Assembly (NCBI GenBank): GCA_964568535.1
Contig: CAZMPQ010000001.1
Coordinates: 6,183 to 70,182 of the forward strand
Source: an uncultured Candidatus Saccharibacteria bacterium
GTDB taxonomy: Bacteria > Patescibacteriota > Minisyncoccia > UBA6257 > 2-01-FULL-56-20
Length of the DNA: 64,000 nucleotides
Reading direction: 5' to 3'
The notes beneath the pieces were generated by a model, which did no database searches, was not told the DNA's origin, and saw nothing but the letters and a program-made list of their open reading frames with translations. A program made the position numbers and the translations under genes. Position 1 is the first letter of the stretch. Each line of letters begins with the position of its first letter. Below, piece after piece: positions 55,343 to 64,000 of this stretch.

Positions 55343-57256
55343 ATGATGATACAAAAACCAAAACAGCCGCTCCGGCGCCCCGGAGCGCAGAAGCGCGGTA
55401 GCGCGCACGGAGCGCAAAAACCAACGGGTCCTCATCAACAAGACCGCGGTCCTCGCCGCGGCCCACGCCGCGACCGCGGCCGGCACGCTCCCCCAGAAGG
55501 CCCGCGGAGCTTCGGCCAGATACGGAAAACCAAGCATTATCGCGACCTTCCGCCGGATGTGAACGGCGAGCAAAAACCAGCCGGCCCGCGCGACCAAAAC
55601 GCAGTGCGGTTCGTACCGCTCGGCGGCCTTGAAGAGATCGGCCGCAACTGTTCGTTCTTTGAATACCAGAACGAGATCGTTGTCGTTGACGTCGGCATCC
55701 AATTCCCCGAAGAGGAGACGCCGGGCATTGACTACATCATCCCGAACGTCGCGTATCTCGAGGGGCGGAAGCAGCACGTCAAAGCGCTCTTGCTCACGCA
55801 CGGCCACTACGACCATATCGCCGCCATCCACTACCTCATTGAAAAGCTGGGCAATCCCATCATCTACACGTCCAAGTTCACGAAGGCCATCGTGGAAAAG
55901 CGGCACGAAGAGTTCCCGAACGCGCCGAAGCTGAAGTTCGTCGCGGTAGACAGCGGCACTCGCGTGAAACTGTCCGAACATTTCACGGCGGAATTCTTCG
56001 AAGTAGAACACACCATTCCCGAAGCGTACGGATTCGCTCTTGAAACGCCCGTCGGGAACATGGTGAACTTCGGTGACTTCCGCCTGGATTACAACAAGAG
56101 CGGCGAGCCCCGACAGCTTGAGATATTTGACCGGCTTGGGGCAAAGGGCATCCACTCGCTCTTTATGGATTCCACGAACGCGGACATCACCGGCAGGGGC
56201 GCATCCGAAGAAACGGTGAAAGAGAACTTGGAGGCGCTCATCAAAGCCGCGCCAGGACGCATCATCATCACGTGCTTCGCCTCGCTCGTAGACCGCATCA
56301 TTGAGATAACGGATGTGGCCCAGCGTCTCGGCAGGAAGGTGGCGGTCATCGGCCGCTCCATGACGAGCAACTTGGAAATTGCCCGTCAGCTCGGATACCT
56401 CAAAGAGAAAAAGGACCTTTTCATCCCCATTGAGGAGGCACAGAAATACAAGGACGACAAAATCCTCATCCTCACGACCGGGAGCCAGGGTGAACCGAAC
56501 GCACAATTCATGCGCATCGTGAACGGCGAGCATCGCATCGTGCGATTGAAACCTTCGGACACCGTCGTTTTCTCGTCGTCCGTCATTCCTGGAAACGAAC
56601 GGAGCATTCAGGCCTTGCAAGACAATATCTCTCGCCAGGTGGATGAGCTCTATAACTCTAAATTACTGGACATCCACGCGTCCGGACATTGTCACAAGGA
56701 AGATCTTGCGCTCGTGCTCTCGCGTGTGAAACCGAAATTCGTCGTACCTATCCACGGGTACTACTTCAAACGGAAGTCTGTCATCAAGACCGCGGGTTCG
56801 GTCGGTATCGACCGAGATCGCGTTGTTCTCATGGACAACGGCCAGGTCGCCGAGCTCACGCCTGATAAGTTCACCGTGACGAACGAGAACGTTCCCGCGT
56901 TCTATGTGATGGTAGACGGCCTCGGCGTCGGCGATGTGGAGGAGGTGGTCATTCGCGACCGGCGTTCCCTCGCGCAGGAGGGCATGATCGTCACCATCAT
57001 TACTGTGGACCGACACAACGGCCGGCTCCTGAAGAATCCCGACATTATCTCGCGCGGGTTCATCCTCATGAAGGACAACCAGGAGATCCTGGACGAGATA
57101 CGAAAGCGCGTACGGAACGTCATGGCGGGGCTCCCAGCGTACCGTGAAGTTGAGCCGGACTACCTGAAGACCCTTATCCGCGACCAATTGGGCACGTTCC
57201 TGTACAATAAGACCAAGCGGCGGCCGATGATTCTCCCTGTTATCATAGAAATATAG
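55343..57256 (+). CDS. rnj: ribonuclease J with basic, disordered N-terminal extension
   Basis: PLGGLEEIGRN, THGHYDHI, TGSQGEP, HASGH, PIHG and RRPMILP motifs. Confidence 0.95.
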   Translation: MMIQKPKQPLRRPGAQKRGSAHGAQKPTGPHQQDRGPRRGPRRDRGRHAPPEGPRSFGQIRKTKHYRDLPPDVNGEQKPAGPRDQNAVRFVPLGGLEEIGRNCSFFEYQNEIVVVDVGIQFPEEETPGIDYIIPNVAYLEGRKQHVKALLLTHGHYDHIAAIHYLIEKLGNPIIYTSKFTKAIVEKRHEEFPNAPKLKFVAVDSGTRVKLSEHFTAEFFEVEHTIPEAYGFALETPVGNMVNFGDFRLDYNKSGEPRQLEIFDRLGAKGIHSLFMDSTNADITGRGASEETVKENLEALIKAAPGRIIITCFASLVDRIIEITDVAQRLGRKVAVIGRSMTSNLEIARQLGYLKEKKDLFIPIEEAQKYKDDKILILTTGSQGEPNAQFMRIVNGEHRIVRLKPSDTVVFSSSVIPGNERSIQALQDNISRQVDELYNSKLLDIHASGHCHKEDLALVLSRVKPKFVVPIHGYYFKRKSVIKTAGSVGIDRDRVVLMDNGQVAELTPDKFTVTNENVPAFYVMVDGLGVGDVEEVVIRDRRSLAQEGMIVTIITVDRHNGRLLKNPDIISRGFILMKDNQEILDEIRKRVRNVMAGLPAYREVEPDYLKTLIRDQLGTFLYNKTKRRPMILPVIIEI

Positions 57257-57280
57257 TCCGGTTCGGCTGGCTGCTAATTC

Positions 57281-57610
57281 ATGGAAACGCCAGGAAAATC
57301 GCCTGAAGGAGTGCGCGAGAAATTCACCCGCACCATACATGACGCACCCGACAGCATCACGGCGGAAATGGCCCGAACTCCGAACGACTGGTTTTCCTGC
57401 TTCGGCAGTGTAGTATTCACGCTAGAGAACCGGCTCTTCGTTATGATACATAACGAAGAACTGACCATTGACGAAGGTAAAGCGAAAACCGAAACATTGG
57501 AGCGCATTAAGGCTCGACTCCACGAACTCGGTGAGCAATATGGCGAGACTAAGAACCCTCCGGGGTCGGTAACCACAGAACTCCTCGGAATGTTGCAGGA
57601 ACTCCTGTAA
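57281..57610 (+). CDS. hypothetical protein
   Basis: 109-aa ORF filling the gap between rnj and trpS. Confidence 0.55.
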   Translation: METPGKSPEGVREKFTRTIHDAPDSITAEMARTPNDWFSCFGSVVFTLENRLFVMIHNEELTIDEGKAKTETLERIKARLHELGEQYGETKNPPGSVTTELLGMLQELL

Positions 57611-57622
57611 AATACTAGCGAG

Positions 57623-58612
57623 ATGCCCGAACCAATTCTTGTATCAGGAATCCAGCCCTCCGGCCGTCTCCATATCGGGAACTACTTGGGCGCGCTCAAA
57701 AACTTCGTTGACCTGCAGAACTCGCGGAAATATTCCTGCTACTTCTTCCTCGCGGACCTGCACTCGCTCACCGAGTATCCCGCAGGCGCTACGGAGCAGA
57801 AAAAGCGTATTCTAGAACTCACCGCTGATTTTCTCGCGGCTGGTTTGGACCCGAAGAAATCACTCATCTACCAACACTCGCAGATCCCCGCGCATAGCGA
57901 AATGGCGTGGATTTTGAACACCATCACGCCGATGGGCGAACTGGAACGAATGACGCAGTACAAGGACAAGTCCGTGCGCCAACATGAGGTGAACGCTGGC
58001 CTCCTCACCTATCCGACGCTTATGGCCGCGGACATTTTGCTCTACGATGCGAAGTATGTCCCTGTCGGGAACGACCAGGACCAGCACCTTGAGCTCACAC
58101 GCACGCTCGCGCGAAAGTTCAATAAAAAATTTGGGAAGACGTTCGTTGAACCGGAAGGACTCCACACCGCGACTCCGCGTGTGATGTCTTTGAAAGACCC
58201 GTCAAAGAAGATGTCTAAATCTCAGCCGGAGACGTGCCTTTTTCTGGATGAATCCCCCGTTGAGCTAGAGAAGAAGATAAAAAGTGCAACGACCGACTCC
58301 GGAAGCGATGTGCGGTACGATGCGAAGGAAAAGCCGGGCATCTCGAACTTACTTGATATCTACTGCGGCGTAACCGGAAAAACTGTTCCGCAGGCGGTCA
58401 AAGAATTCCGCGGCAAGCAATACGGCGCCTTCAAGCAAAAAGTTGCGGAGGCGGTTGTGAAACATCTCGCGCCGTTCCGCACGAAAAAGGCAGCGCTCAT
58501 GAAAAAACCGACGGTGCTCGCGAAAGTGCTCGCAACCGGCTCGGCAAAAGCGGCGAAAGTCGCAGACGCGAAGATCGCAGGAGTGAAGGAGAAGGTCGGG
58601 CTTGCGCTCTAG
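57623..58612 (+). CDS. trpS: tryptophan--tRNA ligase
   Basis: SGIQPSGRLHIGNYLG, YPTLMAADI and KMSKS motifs. Confidence 0.96.
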   Translation: MPEPILVSGIQPSGRLHIGNYLGALKNFVDLQNSRKYSCYFFLADLHSLTEYPAGATEQKKRILELTADFLAAGLDPKKSLIYQHSQIPAHSEMAWILNTITPMGELERMTQYKDKSVRQHEVNAGLLTYPTLMAADILLYDAKYVPVGNDQDQHLELTRTLARKFNKKFGKTFVEPEGLHTATPRVMSLKDPSKKMSKSQPETCLFLDESPVELEKKIKSATTDSGSDVRYDAKEKPGISNLLDIYCGVTGKTVPQAVKEFRGKQYGAFKQKVAEAVVKHLAPFRTKKAALMKKPTVLAKVLATGSAKAAKVADAKIAGVKEKVGLAL

Positions 58613-61600
58613 ACCTTTCGCACGCCGAGCCAGATATCAACGCCGTCCAGTTTTGCCTGGATCTCGGCGGTAAACTTCCCTTTCTTATACTCTATTGTCT
58701 TTGCGCCTACCTCGGTTTTGAGGAATTTTTCGTTCTCCTGAACGATCGCGCCGACGCTCGGCGCTTCTACCATCAGCACAATGGCGTCCTTCGCCTGAAG
58801 CCCGGCATTCTGCCGCAACTCCTGTACCATCCGCACGAGGTCGCGCAACGTTCCCTCGGCTTTGAGCTCCGGTGTAATGGTTGTATCGAAAACAACCTCG
58901 TCGTTCTTTGTCGCATCATCCCATACAATTTCCTTCACGTTTATCTCGTCTTTCAGGATACTGATGAGTTCTTTGTTGCTCTTGACACCTGATACCTGAT
59001 ACCTGACACGAACGGATGCGAGCGGCTGACGAACCTTAATACCAAGTTCCGCGCGCTTCGCGAGCGCTACGCTTGCAATGCGCCGTATTTCGCCCATTGC
59101 GGCAACCAGTTTCGCATCCATTTGTTTTTTGTCTAACGCGGGCCAGGTATCCAGATGCACCGACTCCTTTTCGCCCAATCCGTGATAGATGCTTTCCGCA
59201 AAGAACGGCGTGAATGGGGCCATCAGTTTCGCGGTCTCGCGCAATACATGCGCAAGCATTGCGGACGCGGCTTCGTAATCGGCTTTTGAATCGGGCTTCT
59301 GCAAACGCCGGCGCGAGCGGCGGATGAACCAGCGCGAAAGGTCGTCCACAAGCGTCTCTATCGCGAGTGCCGCCTCGCGTATCTCGTACTGCTCTAATTG
59401 TTTCGTCGCTTCGGCTATCGTCTCGTTCAACCGCGCTAGTATCCAACTATCCAACACATTTCCTGATACCTGATACTTGACACCTGACACCTTGGCGGCA
59501 TATGTCCGCCAAAAGATCAGCGAGTTGTAGACGATGAGGTGCACGCGCCGGAACGTTTTTTGGATGTCCACTTCGTCGAAGTTTTTCGGTTCGCCGAGCG
59601 GCGAATTCGTATAGAGATACCAGCGCACGGCGTCCACGCCATATTTTTCGATGACCGCGAACGGCTCCACGATATTCCCCTTGGACTTGCTCATCTTCTG
59701 CCCGTTCTTATCGTTCACAAGCCCGAGGCAGACGACGTTCTTGAACGGCGCGGGGTATCCGAGCGCGGTCGCGATTGCAACGAGCGTATAGAACCAGCCA
59801 CGCGTCTGGTCGATGCCTTCAGAAATATAGTCCGCAGGAAATGCTGACGGGCGCTTCCCGCGCTTCACGAACGGGAAGTGCTCTTGTGCGTATGGCATTG
59901 CACCCGAGTCGTACCATACGTCTGCGACCTCCGGCACACGACGCATCTCTCCCTTGCATTTCTTGCATGGGAGCGTGAGTTCGTCCGCGAACGGCCGATG
60001 GAGATCTACTTCGCCGGTATCGTTCCGCGGGATAGTTTTGAGCTCCAATGGGACCACTTCTCCGGTGCGCATGAACACATCGTTATGCAGCGATTTCTTC
60101 TCGGCTGTTTCTTTCTCCGTCCATCCATTCGCGATCTGCGAGAGCATCCAGATGGTATCTTCATGGCTCACCAAAAGTATCCGTTTCCCGGCATACGCCT
60201 TCTCGGTCCCTTGCAAGAAGTCCCATGCGCGCGTACGAACATCGCGAAGCGACTCGGCGCGTGGCACGGCATGTTCGCTGAATCGCATCTCCTGCTCGGG
60301 AATTTTTTTCTGATACTCCCCCACTGGCCGCCCAGACAGTTCCGCAAGTTGTATTTCACGAAGTCGCTTATCGAACAGAACTTTTTTAATGCCGAGCTCT
60401 TTTGCAACAATGGCCGCGGTTTCTTTCGTTCGAAGGATGTCAGATGCGATGATGACGTCTATCTTTTCCTTTTTGAGCCTCTTCGCGGCTTGCTTCACCT
60501 GATCTTTTCCGAGCGTTGAGAGGTGAAATCGCTGATTGCCCGAGTCAATGATGTGTTTGATGTTTCCTTCTGCCTCTCCGTGCCGAAGTGCGAAATAGGC
60601 ATTTTTTGCCCTCTTCCCGCGCGCGGAAAGTTCGTGCAAGCTTCCGATCACTTCGCGCGTATCGCACTTCTTGCACTCCCAAATTGGAAGCGGTACGCCC
60701 CAGTAGCGTTCGCGAGACAGGTTCCAGTCCTTCGCTTCGCGGAGCCACTCACCAAAACGGCCTTCTTTGATATGATCCGGCACCCACGTGATGCCCTTAT
60801 TGTTCGCGAGCAGTTCTTTCCGAAGCTTGGACATCGCGATGAACCACGACGTCCGCGCGTAGTACAAGACCGGCGTTCCGCATCGCCAGCAAAATGGATA
60901 TTCGTGCTTATACTTCTCTATGCGCAGGAGGTTCTTGTTCTTTGTAAGATGTGCGAATATCTTATCCTCGGTTTCTTTCGCCTTTGCGGACATGCCCGCA
61001 AGCCCGCCGGGAACTTCTTTCTTAAATATGCCCTCTTCCGTTACGGTGTGATGTTGCGGCAAGCCCACCTTCACGCCAAGTTGGTAGTCGTCCTCGCCGT
61101 ACATTACAGCGGTATGCACCACGCCCGTGCCATCCGTTGTTGTCACGAAGCTTGCAGGATATACCTTGTATGCCGCCTCGTTCTTCAGTGCCAAGATTTT
61201 GAACAGCGGTTCGTATTCCAGGCCAACAAGGTCTTCGCCGCTCACTTTGCCGATAACATCGTATTCGGTTTTGCCAAGCACCGCGGGCGCCAATTCTTCC
61301 GCTACCACATATGTTTCTTTCGCGCTCTTCGGCCGCACGAGCGCATATTTCACTTTTTCGCCCACTGCAAGCGCGACATTTCCCGGCAGCGTCCACGGCG
61401 TCGTCGTCCACGACAGAATAAAGAGCGGACCGTCTGTTTTAAAATGCGGCCTTGATAGTACTTTGAACTTCAGATAGACCGATTGGTCCTCTACTTCCGC
61501 ATATCCTTGGGCCAATTCGTGCGATGAAAGCGCCGTTCCGCACCGCGAGCACCACGGCACGACTTTGTGGCCTTTGTAGAGCAATTTCTTCTTCGCGATC

Positions 61601-62112
61601 TCCGAGAGCGTCCACCAGATGCTTTCAATATAGTCGGCGGAGTACGTGACATAGGCGTTCTTCAAGTCCAGCCAGTAGCCGATGCGCTCCGTGAGCCGCT
61701 CCCATTCGTCCTTGTAGAGCCAGACGGCTTTTTTCGCCTCTTCGTTGAACTTTTGAACGCCGAACTTTTCTATGTCGGCTTTGGACTTCAATCCGAGCGC
61801 CTTTTCTGCCGCAATCTCCACGGGCAATCCGTGCGTGTCCCACCCAGCTTTGCGCGGCACGCGATATCCCTGCATCGTTTTAAAGCGCAGGATGATGTCT
61901 TTCACGACGCGCGCGAGCACGTGGTGAATGCCCGGCTTCCCGTTCGCGTACGGCGGCCCCTCGTAGAAAACAAATATCTTTTTTCGTTTCGGATCGAGCG
62001 TCTTCTCGAATATCCGATTCGTTTTCCAAAATTCCAGTACTTTTTCCTCCACTTTTGGGAGGTCGAATCCATCGCTCAAAAAGTCACGGCGCGTAGCTGC
62101 CCTCTTTTGCAT
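58609..62112 (-). CDS. ileS: isoleucine--tRNA ligase (type 2) with inserted histidine-phosphatase domain
   Basis: EGPPYANG, GWDTHGLP, WTTTPWTL, DQTRGWFY and KMSKS motifs. Insert carries LRHGE...VSHED. Confidence 0.95.
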   Translation of the reverse strand: MQKRAATRRDFLSDGFDLPKVEEKVLEFWKTNRIFEKTLDPKRKKIFVFYEGPPYANGKPGIHHVLARVVKDIILRFKTMQGYRVPRKAGWDTHGLPVEIAAEKALGLKSKADIEKFGVQKFNEEAKKAVWLYKDEWERLTERIGYWLDLKNAYVTYSADYIESIWWTLSEIAKKKLLYKGHKVVPWCSRCGTALSSHELAQGYAEVEDQSVYLKFKVLSRPHFKTDGPLFILSWTTTPWTLPGNVALAVGEKVKYALVRPKSAKETYVVAEELAPAVLGKTEYDVIGKVSGEDLVGLEYEPLFKILALKNEAAYKVYPASFVTTTDGTGVVHTAVMYGEDDYQLGVKVGLPQHHTVTEEGIFKKEVPGGLAGMSAKAKETEDKIFAHLTKNKNLLRIEKYKHEYPFCWRCGTPVLYYARTSWFIAMSKLRKELLANNKGITWVPDHIKEGRFGEWLREAKDWNLSRERYWGVPLPIWECKKCDTREVIGSLHELSARGKRAKNAYFALRHGEAEGNIKHIIDSGNQRFHLSTLGKDQVKQAAKRLKKEKIDVIIASDILRTKETAAIVAKELGIKKVLFDKRLREIQLAELSGRPVGEYQKKIPEQEMRFSEHAVPRAESLRDVRTRAWDFLQGTEKAYAGKRILLVSHEDTIWMLSQIANGWTEKETAEKKSLHNDVFMRTGEVVPLELKTIPRNDTGEVDLHRPFADELTLPCKKCKGEMRRVPEVADVWYDSGAMPYAQEHFPFVKRGKRPSAFPADYISEGIDQTRGWFYTLVAIATALGYPAPFKNVVCLGLVNDKNGQKMSKSKGNIVEPFAVIEKYGVDAVRWYLYTNSPLGEPKNFDEVDIQKTFRRVHLIVYNSLIFWRTYAAKVSGVKYQVSGNVLDSWILARLNETIAEATKQLEQYEIREAALAIETLVDDLSRWFIRRSRRRLQKPDSKADYEAASAMLAHVLRETAKLMAPFTPFFAESIYHGLGEKESVHLDTWPALDKKQMDAKLVAAMGEIRRIASVALAKRAELGIKVRQPLASVRVRYQVSGVKSNKELISILKDEINVKEIVWDDATKNDEVVFDTTITPELKAEGTLRDLVRMVQELRQNAGLQAKDAIVLMVEAPSVGAIVQENEKFLKTEVGAKTIEYKKGKFTAEIQAKLDGVDIWLGVRKV
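58981..59008. repeat. 4x heptamer tandem repeat C(C/T)TGA(C/T)A inside ileS
   Basis: CTTGACA CCTGATA CCTGATA CCTGACA. Confidence 0.8.
59462..59489. repeat. second 4x heptamer tandem repeat inside ileS
   Basis: CCTGATA CCTGATA CTTGACA CCTGACA. Confidence 0.8.
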
Positions 62113-62120
62113 ACCCGCGT

Positions 62121-62149
62121 AGAATAGCCCAAAATCCCTTGAAAATCAA
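62121..62149 (-). promoter_or_regulatory. ileS promoter TTGATT-17-TATTCT
   Basis: The -10 lies 8 nt upstream of the ATG, with no Shine-Dalgarno. Confidence 0.5.
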
Positions 62150-62168
62150 AGGTTTTTAGCCGCCTCAG

Positions 62169-63857
62169 CTAGATCTTCTCTAGCACCCTGATACCCAAAA
62201 GACCAAGCCCCCACTTCAGCACGTCTGCAATAGTTGCGACGAGGAGGAGCCGCGCGTTGCGGCGGTTTTCGTTTTCGTCTTTCAGAATTGGCGTGGATTC
62301 ATAATAGCGGTTCGCGATATCGGCGAGTTCGTAGAGATATGTCGCGATAACATGCGGCGCAATGTCCCCCGCCGCGCGTGATACGGCATCCGGAAATTCT
62401 GAAACTTTTCGCATAAGATCAAGCTCTCCACTTGTTTCGAGATTTTTTGCATCACCTTCTGGAGCGGGTGATTTTGCGAGAATGCTCTTCATGCGCGCAT
62501 AGGTATATTGCAGATATGGACCGGAGTCACCATGGAAGGCGATGGAGTGTTCCATATCAAAAATGATGTCTCCGCCGATGCTTTGCTTCAAAATGGAATA
62601 GCGAATCGCGGCGATGGCAACGGTTTCCTGTATCTCCTCGCGCTCCGCATCGGTCAGTTCGCGTTCATTTATCTTTTCGTGAACGGCACGTTTCACATCG
62701 TCAATAAGCGATTCTGCGGTAATCACATCGCCGGTGCGCGAGGACATCTTTCCGGTTGGAAGACGCAACATTCCGTGGCCGATATGCTTCGTTTTTGCCG
62801 CTACTTCAGGCACAACAAGCTCCATCGCTTTCAGCAATACGCGGAAGTAGTCGTTCACCTCGTTTCCGGTCACGATGAGCGAACTGTCGGGATGATGCGT
62901 GTCGAATTTCTTCTTGTTCAAGCCCAATTCTTTCGCCTCGTAGGTCGGCAAGCCTTGCGCGGTCACAAAGACACGATTGTGGAGGCCGTGCTCCTCGCCC
63001 CGAAAGATGGTTGCGCCCTCGCTCTGCACGAAGATATCGGGGTGCGCCTTTACGATAGCAAGCCCGTCCGGCCCCGCTTCGCTTTCAAAGTAATACTGGT
63101 TGAACTTCGTGCCGAGCCGCGCGTAGAGCGTTTCAAAGTAGTCCAAGCTCCATTTCCGTCCGGCATCATAGAGCTCATTTACTTTCGCATCGCTCCGGTC
63201 GTATATCTTCTTGTTGAGTCCGTCCATCTCCCCTTTCGTCCCCGGGTCGTCATATGCTTTCGCGCCCGTTGCGTACGCCTCGCCGAGGAACGCAACTTTC
63301 TCTCCAAGTGACGCGTCAGTTTTCGGCATCTTTTCGCTCAGCCGCATCATCCCCCAAATGCTTTTTGCAACATGAAGGCCAACGTCGCCCTGATAATTCG
63401 CGCGCAGAACTTCGGCGCCCGATGCTTCATAGAGCCGCGCGATGGATTCGCCGATGACATTCGTCATGAGGTGGCCGATGTGAAACTGCTTGAATGGATT
63501 TGGGTCGGTATATTCCACCATCACGCGCTTCCCCTTCCCTACTTGCGGTACGCCGAACTTCTCGTCCTTTGCAAGCCGCGTAAATTCTGCCCGAAGCGTC
63601 TCATCCGTCAGCCAAAAGTTCACGAATCCCGGCGGAGCGGCTTCTACTTTCGTGAAAAATCCCGGCGGGGCGGCTTCTCCTATCTTCTTCGCAAGGTCTT
63701 GCGCGATTTCCATCGGCGGCTTTCCCGCCGCCTTCGCAAGCCGGAGCGCAACGCTCGTAGAATAATGTCCCATCTCCGCTCGCGGCGGAATTTCAATGAT
63801 CGCAACGGTCCCTGACGGAACCGCTTTCTGGAACAGCTCTGCAATGCGTTCTTTCAT
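62169..63857 (-). CDS. argS: arginine--tRNA ligase
   Basis: VEYTDPNPFKQFHIGH, KMSSRTG and GDSGPYLQYTYAR motifs. Start placed at MKERIAE. Confidence 0.95.
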   Translation of the reverse strand: MKERIAELFQKAVPSGTVAIIEIPPRAEMGHYSTSVALRLAKAAGKPPMEIAQDLAKKIGEAAPPGFFTKVEAAPPGFVNFWLTDETLRAEFTRLAKDEKFGVPQVGKGKRVMVEYTDPNPFKQFHIGHLMTNVIGESIARLYEASGAEVLRANYQGDVGLHVAKSIWGMMRLSEKMPKTDASLGEKVAFLGEAYATGAKAYDDPGTKGEMDGLNKKIYDRSDAKVNELYDAGRKWSLDYFETLYARLGTKFNQYYFESEAGPDGLAIVKAHPDIFVQSEGATIFRGEEHGLHNRVFVTAQGLPTYEAKELGLNKKKFDTHHPDSSLIVTGNEVNDYFRVLLKAMELVVPEVAAKTKHIGHGMLRLPTGKMSSRTGDVITAESLIDDVKRAVHEKINERELTDAEREEIQETVAIAAIRYSILKQSIGGDIIFDMEHSIAFHGDSGPYLQYTYARMKSILAKSPAPEGDAKNLETSGELDLMRKVSEFPDAVSRAAGDIAPHVIATYLYELADIANRYYESTPILKDENENRRNARLLLVATIADVLKWGLGLLGIRVLEKI

Positions 63858-64000
63858 GCGAATATTGACGGTGTCTTTCAGTGTGTTTGAATACCGTATA
63901 GTAAGCGAGGTGCGGCCCCCGTAAAATCGGGAATACCGTTCTGGGCGGCACGTGGGCCCGGAATCCCGCCTCAACGACGGTGGAACACGACCCCGCCAGA

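Noticed and set aside
1-64000. CRISPR array, rRNA, transposase or TGA recoding (code 25)
   Set aside because: No regularly spaced repeats or such genes were seen. TGA acts as a stop in many conserved genes with ATGA overlaps.

Overview
This 64 kb window is chromosomal DNA from a high-GC bacterium using genetic code 11. Gene content and style suggest Patescibacteria/CPR (Parcubacteria-like), which is an inference. Bases 1-48,300 are a very large, almost entirely minus-strand surface-glycan locus. It encodes heptose enzymes (HddA, HldA, HldC, HldD, GT9), dTDP- and GDP-sugar enzymes (RfbB, RfbC, Gmd, two Fcl-like, a His-type PLP dehydratase), many glycosyltransferases and methyltransferases, two GT-C-like membrane proteins, a sulfatase-like protein and an O-antigen-ligase family protein. 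Bases 48,300-64,000 hold housekeeping genes (rny, gpmI, secG, PGI/PMI, tRNA-Leu(CAG), rnj, trpS, ileS, argS). The most striking feature is a repeated cassette system embedded in the glycan locus (24.3-30.4 kb and 38.0-42.2 kb). Two large secreted LamG/beta-helix proteins end in a matrixin-type metzincin domain, and each is followed by a membrane-anchored partner with a TIMP/NTR-like pattern. There is also an N-truncated orphan protease cassette that shares a 144/145-bp identical block with the full-length gene. Its partner slot is occupied by an AT-rich gene plus a relic tail. Covarying hairpins mark cassette ends, and poly-G tracts lie in the promoter spacers. Together this looks like a polymorphic, possibly phase-variable protease/inhibitor system. 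Other oddities are a structured ~200-bp element that duplicates the tRNA-Leu 3' end, a 58-aa LxxLGY/YIDPG microprotein, and a histidine-phosphatase domain plus heptamer repeats inside ileS. All calls come from reading the sequence; no database searches were run.
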